The notes beneath the pieces were generated by a model. It made no database searches, was not told where the DNA came from, and worked only from the letters and a program-made list of their open reading frames with translations. Both the position numbers and the translations under genes were made by a program. Source: Candidatus Latescibacterota bacterium (lineage in GTDB: Bacteria; Latescibacterota; UBA2968). From it: 64,000 nucleotides of DNA. This document shows, one piece after another, positions 58,605-64,000 of this stretch (the stretch's first letter is position 1; each line of letters starts with the position of its first letter). The stretch lies in assembly GCA_965222605.1 (NCBI GenBank), contig OZ244960.1:1184001-1248000 (forward strand). The letters are read 5' to 3'.

Positions 58605-58756
58605 TTGGTCTGTCAAAAAAATTTAATAACATTTGTTGTTTTACCTGATAGACTGGATTGCGGCTAAAACCATGCCGCAATGACACCCGTCATTCGTCAC
58701 TCCGGCGAACGCCGGAGTCCAGTGGATTAAAACAATAAACTTATTTGACAGACCAA
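58605..58756. mobile_element. MITE-like element with perfect 13-bp terminal inverted repeats and two internal palindromes
   Basis: ttggtctgtcaaa ... tttgacagaccaa; internal palindromes at about 58652-58684 and 58696-58723. Confidence 0.75.
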
Positions 58757-58778
58757 TCTGCCATGCAATAAAAAAAGA

Positions 58779-58840
58779 TTGACATACAAGACCATTTACT
58801 CTATTTTCTTAATTAACTCTAAAAAATAGAGAACTCTAAA
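58779..58840 (+). promoter_or_regulatory. sigma70 promoter with candidate operator
   Basis: TTGACA-N17-TATTTT; palindrome ctcta-N5-tagag at 58817-58831 and repeated actcta. Confidence 0.55.
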
Positions 58841-58861
58841 ATCCTTTAAAGAAGAAATCAA

Positions 58862-59437
58862 ATGCAACCCACGCAAAAATTTGAAGAGGACGTAGCCTTC
58901 GTCCGCGAGGCTGTTGAAAAGCGCGATCGAATGCAATACAATTCCATTGCCATAGCCGTGCTCTGGGCCATCATCCTCGCCACCGGTTACGCGCTCAACG
59001 ACTTTCGTCCCGAAGTGAGCCATCTTTTTTGGCCCATTGCGACCTTTATCGGATTCCTGCTCAGTTTCTGGATCGCCAATCGGGCAATGCGGGCGAGAGG
59101 CATCACAAAACGCGGCGGTGGGGCCAAATACGGCTGGCACTGGGGCAGTTTATTTGTCGTTATTCCCGTTGTTGTATTCATTGGTGTGCGGCACGGTATG
59201 GCCCTGGAACCCTTATTGATAAACCAGTTCATCACTCTGATCGTTGGTATCACCTGCTATTTTGCCGGGCTGCACCTGGACCGCCGCTTTATTCTGCCCG
59301 GCATCGTACACATCGTGGGTGCCCCTGCTGCTGACTATCTCGCGCCCTACCCCTGGACCATGGTAGGCCTGGCCATCGCCGCCAGCCTGATCATCAGCGC
59401 CTTATGGATGAAACCTCATGACAAAACCGCCCTCTGA
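58862..59437 (+). CDS. multi-pass membrane protein of unknown function
   Basis: About six hydrophobic segments; overlaps the regulator gene. Confidence 0.75.
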   Translation: MQPTQKFEEDVAFVREAVEKRDRMQYNSIAIAVLWAIILATGYALNDFRPEVSHLFWPIATFIGFLLSFWIANRAMRARGITKRGGGAKYGWHWGSLFVVIPVVVFIGVRHGMALEPLLINQFITLIVGITCYFAGLHLDRRFILPGIVHIVGAPAADYLAPYPWTMVGLAIAASLIISALWMKPHDKTAL

Positions 59438-59747
59438 AAACACCTCCGATAGCCTTGCCCAACTGGACAAACTACTGGAACACCGATCGCGACTCGGCGT
59501 CTGCGTGCTCCTCGCCGATACCGATGCCATAACCTTTAGCAGTTTGAAACAATTATTAAAAGAAACCGACGGCAACATGGGCGCGCACTTGCGAAAACTG
59601 GAAGACATGGGCTACGTCGATATAGATAAGCGATTCGAAAACCGAAAACCCGTCACCTGGTACAGCCTCACAGAAAAAGGCCGCATGTCTTTAACCACAC
59701 ACTTAAAAGCCTTACAAACCTTAATCCGCAGTGCCGGCATCGACTGA
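59418..59747 (+). CDS. winged-helix transcriptional regulator (HTH_34/MarR-like)
   Basis: LEHRSRLG, TDGNMGAHLRKLE, KPVTWYSLTEKGR. Confidence 0.9.
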   Translation: MTKPPSENTSDSLAQLDKLLEHRSRLGVCVLLADTDAITFSSLKQLLKETDGNMGAHLRKLEDMGYVDIDKRFENRKPVTWYSLTEKGRMSLTTHLKALQTLIRSAGID

Positions 59748-59761
59748 TAGGCGTACAGAAC

Positions 59762-61996
59762 ATGAAACACATCCCCACATCCACAGCGCGATGGACAAAG
59801 GTCATCGTCCTCCTCTGTTTCGCTATGCCCACCTTTGCACAGAACCAGGCCTTTGTCCAGGGCCAGGTGCTCGACGAAACGGGCCGCCCAATGGCCTTTG
59901 TCAACGTGCAAATCACGGGCACGCTCGACGGCGCAATCACCAATCGCGACGGCCTCTTTGCCTTTTCCACGCAGCACATGGGCAAATGCAAACTGCATGC
60001 ATCCTTCATCGGCTTTGATCCAGCTCAGCAGGCCCTGTATCTAACGCCCGGTGATACTACAATCGTTCGCCTGATCCTGCGCCCCACCCTCATCCAACTC
60101 GACGAAACCATCGTCACGGGCAGCACCTATACCACTGGGGAAGACGAAACCGTAACCCTCTCCCCTCTGGACGTCGTAACAACACCCGGCGCTTCCGCAG
60201 ATATTTTCCGCGCATTCAAAACCTTCCCAGGCGTTGCGACCGTTGACGACGGCGCCGGCCTCTTTGTGCGCGGAGGCGACGTAAGCGAAACCGTCATATT
60301 GCTCGGACAAGCCACAGTGGTACATCCCTACAAATACGAATCGCCCACCGGTGGCGTCTTCGGCACCATCTCCCCCTTTATGGTACAGGGCACGACCTTC
60401 TCCACCGGCGGATTTCCCGCACGCTATGGCAACGCGCTTTCCGCTGTGCTGTCCATGGAAACCCAGAACATGCCCGTGCAAAAAAGCTACACACTCAACC
60501 TGGGCCTCGCCGCCGGCTCTCTCGGCCTCCACCTGCCCCTTGTGTCCGACAAACTCGGCGTACGCTTCACGGGCAATCTCAGCTTTACCGATCTATTGTT
60601 TCGCGTCAACCGTCATAGCAGCACATTCACCACCACGCCACGCGGGCACGACGCCAACCTCAATTTGATCTACCAGTACTCGCCGACTGGACGCCTCAAA
60701 TTCTTCAATTTCAACGCGAGCGACCGCCTCGGCGTGCGCGTCACAGAACCCTCCTTTGACGGCATTTACAAAGGCAGCACCAATAGCGCATTGCACAATC
60801 TCCAGTGGACGGACGTATTCGCCAATTGGATCATACAGACCAGCGCCTCGCTCAACCACCACACAGCGCGAAAACAACTGGGCAATCTGGATATCTCGCC
60901 CCGCGACCTGACCCTCAAACTTCGCACAGACATAGAACGCGCCCTCACCGCATCTGGATTCTTGCGCCTCGGTGGCGAAATCGAACACACGGACAACCGA
61001 ATCGTCGGCAGCATTCCTCAAGGCGATATATTCGACCCCCAGGCAGAGGTCTTTGAACTCGACACATCCTACGGAGCAAGGCGTGCGGGTGCCTACTTTG
61101 AAATCGACTTTGAGCCTGCCCACCGCATCGTCGTCAATCTCGGCACGCGTGCCGATCACCACAACCTGGCCGACCAGTTTGTCATAGACCCGCGCGTATC
61201 TGCGCGCTACCAGTTCACCAAGCACACAGATGCACGCCTTGCCTGGGGCATCTATCACCAATTTCCCGACCCGTCCAAATACAATTCCACCAGCGGCAAT
61301 CCCGACCTTGAACCTCAACGCGCACAACACAGGATCATAGGCCTGCACCACGAACGCGACCAGTTCATGATGCGGCTGGAAGCATACCACAAACCCTACC
61401 GCAACCTCGTACTGGATCATCCCGACCTGAACCTCGCAAACAACGGCAAAGGCAGTGCCTCTGGCTTAGATTTCTTTCTCAAACGCGGCGATTTTCTCAG
61501 CACGCGCTTCAGCGGATGGATGGCCTACAGCCTGCTGAGATCGCACCGCTTGCAGGTGCGCCACATCGGATCAGAGATGCACTACGAAGAAGCCCCATCG
61601 CCTTATGACATCACGCACAACCTGACACTGGTCGCAAAAATGCGGCTCATAGACGACCTCAGCGGCGGCCTGACCCTGAGATATGCCACCGGGCGTCCCA
61701 TCACCCCAATCGTGGGTGCAATTCCCGTAGCAGATCAGAACTACTACCTGCCCATTGAAGGGCGCGTCGGCTCAGAACGACTGCCGTCCTTTCAGCAAGT
61801 GGATGGGCAACTGAGCTATTTGCTACCCTTTGGTGCAAATCACCAGGTCATCTTCTATCTGGCGATCAACAATTTGTTCAACCGTGCCAACGTGCTCGAC
61901 TATGATTACTCTCTGGACTACAGCCAACGTCAGCCCCGCACCACTACCTTTCGCCGATCCATTTACTTCGGTGCTACCGTTATCTTAAACCCATAA
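59762..61996 (+). CDS. TonB-dependent receptor with N-terminal carboxypeptidase-regulatory-like domain
   Basis: Signal peptide, GQVLD..GRPM.FVNV, PGV, LFVRGG, STGGFPARYG (plug), INNLFN. Confidence 0.9.
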   Translation: MKHIPTSTARWTKVIVLLCFAMPTFAQNQAFVQGQVLDETGRPMAFVNVQITGTLDGAITNRDGLFAFSTQHMGKCKLHASFIGFDPAQQALYLTPGDTTIVRLILRPTLIQLDETIVTGSTYTTGEDETVTLSPLDVVTTPGASADIFRAFKTFPGVATVDDGAGLFVRGGDVSETVILLGQATVVHPYKYESPTGGVFGTISPFMVQGTTFSTGGFPARYGNALSAVLSMETQNMPVQKSYTLNLGLAAGSLGLHLPLVSDKLGVRFTGNLSFTDLLFRVNRHSSTFTTTPRGHDANLNLIYQYSPTGRLKFFNFNASDRLGVRVTEPSFDGIYKGSTNSALHNLQWTDVFANWIIQTSASLNHHTARKQLGNLDISPRDLTLKLRTDIERALTASGFLRLGGEIEHTDNRIVGSIPQGDIFDPQAEVFELDTSYGARRAGAYFEIDFEPAHRIVVNLGTRADHHNLADQFVIDPRVSARYQFTKHTDARLAWGIYHQFPDPSKYNSTSGNPDLEPQRAQHRIIGLHHERDQFMMRLEAYHKPYRNLVLDHPDLNLANNGKGSASGLDFFLKRGDFLSTRFSGWMAYSLLRSHRLQVRHIGSEMHYEEAPSPYDITHNLTLVAKMRLIDDLSGGLTLRYATGRPITPIVGAIPVADQNYYLPIEGRVGSERLPSFQQVDGQLSYLLPFGANHQVIFYLAINNLFNRANVLDYDYSLDYSQRQPRTTTFRRSIYFGATVILNP

Positions 61997-62012
61997 ACTC
62001 AGGAGAAAAACC

Positions 62013-62873
62013 ATGCAATACATTTTACTCGCATTCGTCGTCTCCCTCATCATCTTCACCAAACTCGGATATGCGGCTGCACGGCAACCAGCTAATGAAC
62101 AAAATCCCGACCTCACCGAGCCGGCTGTTGCATCTGACGAACTTGCACAACCCGCCGCCAATCTCCTCATCAGCGGCAAGAATATCCTGCAACAGGGCGT
62201 AAATGAGGGCAACCTCGACGCAATGTACGCCGCTCGGGCGACATTTGAACGCGCTCTGGCCGATAAAAACCTATCGGCATGGAGCCATTACTACATCGCC
62301 CTTACCGACTACCGCATCGCCAACTATCTATTAGCTCAAGGAAAAAAGAACAAAGACCAGGCCTCTAAACACCTCAAGGAAGCGGCTGAGCATTTGGAAG
62401 AAGCTACCCGGAAAGATGTCACCCGAGAAGATACCAAAGCGATCGCTGCCGAAGTCTATGCACTGCTCTCAAGCGTGTACGGACGGCAAATCAGCCTGAG
62501 TGGAATCAAAGGCATGTTCCTGGGACCTAAATCTGGCAATCTCTTAAAAAAAGCCGAGCAACTCGCGCCCGACAATCCGCGTGTGGTCCTGAGCGCAGCC
62601 ATCAGTGCTTTTAACACACCCAAAATGTGGGGCGGAAGCAAGGAAAGGGCGATGGAAGGATTCCAGCGCGCCGCATATCTCTTTGCCCAAGAAAAACCGA
62701 CCGATCCCATCCATCCCGTTTGGGGACACAGCGAGACCTATGCCTGGCTGGGCATCGCTTATCTGGACAGGGAGGAAAGGGATGAGGCGCGAGCGGCTTT
62801 TGAAAAAGCACTCGAGATTGATCCAGATAATGGCTGGGTCAAATATGAGCTATTGCCGAAGGTCACAGAATAG
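62013..62873 (+). CDS. exported tetratricopeptide repeat protein
   Basis: Signal-like N-terminus; LAPDNPR, TPKMWGGSKE, ALEIDPDNGW. Confidence 0.8.
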   Translation: MQYILLAFVVSLIIFTKLGYAAARQPANEQNPDLTEPAVASDELAQPAANLLISGKNILQQGVNEGNLDAMYAARATFERALADKNLSAWSHYYIALTDYRIANYLLAQGKKNKDQASKHLKEAAEHLEEATRKDVTREDTKAIAAEVYALLSSVYGRQISLSGIKGMFLGPKSGNLLKKAEQLAPDNPRVVLSAAISAFNTPKMWGGSKERAMEGFQRAAYLFAQEKPTDPIHPVWGHSETYAWLGIAYLDREERDEARAAFEKALEIDPDNGWVKYELLPKVTE

Positions 62874-62890
62874 CATGAGCAACGCATTGT

Positions 62891-62935
62891 AAAAAAAATG
62901 ACCGCGAATCGAAATATCTCGCGGTCATTTTTTTT
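62891..62935. terminator. bidirectional intrinsic terminator
   Basis: aaaaaaaatgaccgcga-loop-tcgcggtcatttttttt. Confidence 0.85.
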
Positions 62936-63025
62936 AGAAATCGGTTGACAGTATCTTCAATCGCCTATTACATTTGATCTCTTCCAAACAGAAATGGCGA
63001 AAACTCAACCCACAAAGGAACGCAC

Positions 63026-64000
63026 ATGTCCAACGACAACATCATTCGCGTCGCCATCGGCGGCCAGGGTCGCAGTGGATACAACATCCATGCCAACCAA
63101 TTGCGCCAGATGCCCGACAAATTCAAAATTGTGGCTGTAGCAGATCAATTGCCCGAGCGTCGGCGCGATGCCCGCGAACAATTTGGAGCCGAAGCTTATG
63201 AAGACTGGCAAGACATGATCAAAGCGGGTGGATTTGATCTCTTTGTCAATGCCCTGCACCAGCCTCTACACCCCGTCGCCAGCATTGCCGCTCTCAAAGC
63301 GGGTGGCCATGTCGTATGCGAAAAACCCACCTGCAAAACCGTGGCGCAATTCGACGACATTGTTCAGACAGCCAGAGACAACAACCGCGTCTTTGCCCCC
63401 TTTCAGAACAACCGGTTGCAGCCCTACTTTGACAAAATACAGGAAATCATCAACTCGGGCGTTTTGGGCAAAATTGTGTACATCCGATCATCCTGGGGCG
63501 GTTTTTCGCGGCGCTGGGACTGGCAAACCCGTCAGGAAAACTGGGGCGGCGGCCTGCTCAACACAGGTCCCCATCCCGTTGATCAAGCCCTCTGCCTCTT
63601 TGGCTTTGACCACACACCCAGCGTCTTTGCCCGAATGGACTGCAACAACCCCTTTGATGGCGATGCCGACGATCACTGCACCGTCACATTGTACGACCCC
63701 GAACGGCAGGCACCCCAAATCGACATCGTCGTGAGCAACTACCTGCATTATCCGCAAAACGACACCTACACCATTAACGGCACCTGCGGCGGTCTCACAG
63801 GGGGATCATCAGCACTCAAATGGCGTTATTTTGACCCCGAAAAAGCACCCAAACACGACATGTGGACATGGTCGGTAAATCGACAATACACCCGCGAAGA
63901 ACTCGACTGGACCGAAGAAACGTGGACACTGGAAGAAGAAAAGAAAAACAACAGTTCTCCCTCCGTCTCACTCGAAAGCGGTCCCGAACGCTTCTACAAC
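63026..64000 (+). CDS. Gfo/Idh/MocA family oxidoreductase (3' truncated by window edge)
   Basis: AAAGGA RBS; MSNDNIIRVAIGGQGRSG, VVCEKP, FQNNR, WGGGLLNTGPHPVDQ. Confidence 0.85.
   Translation, partial: MSNDNIIRVAIGGQGRSGYNIHANQLRQMPDKFKIVAVADQLPERRRDAREQFGAEAYEDWQDMIKAGGFDLFVNALHQPLHPVASIAALKAGGHVVCEKPTCKTVAQFDDIVQTARDNNRVFAPFQNNRLQPYFDKIQEIINSGVLGKIVYIRSSWGGFSRRWDWQTRQENWGGGLLNTGPHPVDQALCLFGFDHTPSVFARMDCNNPFDGDADDHCTVTLYDPERQAPQIDIVVSNYLHYPQNDTYTINGTCGGLTGGSSALKWRYFDPEKAPKHDMWTWSVNRQYTREELDWTEETWTLEEEKKNNSSPSVSLESGPERFYN

Overview
A 64-kb bacterial chromosome segment. The PorV-like protein, TonB receptor and many sulfatase, PhyH, Gfo/Idh/MocA and uronate genes suggest a Gram-negative FCB-type polysaccharide degrader such as Latescibacterota; this is inference only. 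Housekeeping content: pcm (partial), kdgK-eda-ROK kinase, tgt-yajC-fmt, polA, frdABCD, two tandem glnK-amt pairs and hisN. Accessory content: an orphan N4-cytosine methyltransferase behind a truncated restriction enzyme, a GC-rich 2.9-kb island bounded by a diverged ~115-bp direct repeat, a decaying defence region (MmeI-like type IIL enzyme, Menshen-like remnant, ATPase plus frameshifted PIN), and two copies of a palindrome-carrying MITE-like element. The strongest leads are: (1) two Trp-codon leader/terminator attenuators in tandem upstream of a trpS that has lost its KMSKS loop and anticodon-binding domain; (2) an unassigned ~350-nt structured RNA with its own promoter and terminator and two SD-AUG micro-ORFs; (3) a plant-type galacturonokinase homologue coupled to a nucleotidyltransferase, a candidate bacterial uronate salvage route; (4) a single-chain triple Rid-fold protein. 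No rRNA, tRNA, CRISPR array, integrase or transposase was seen. All calls come from reading motifs by eye; no database search or folding program was run.
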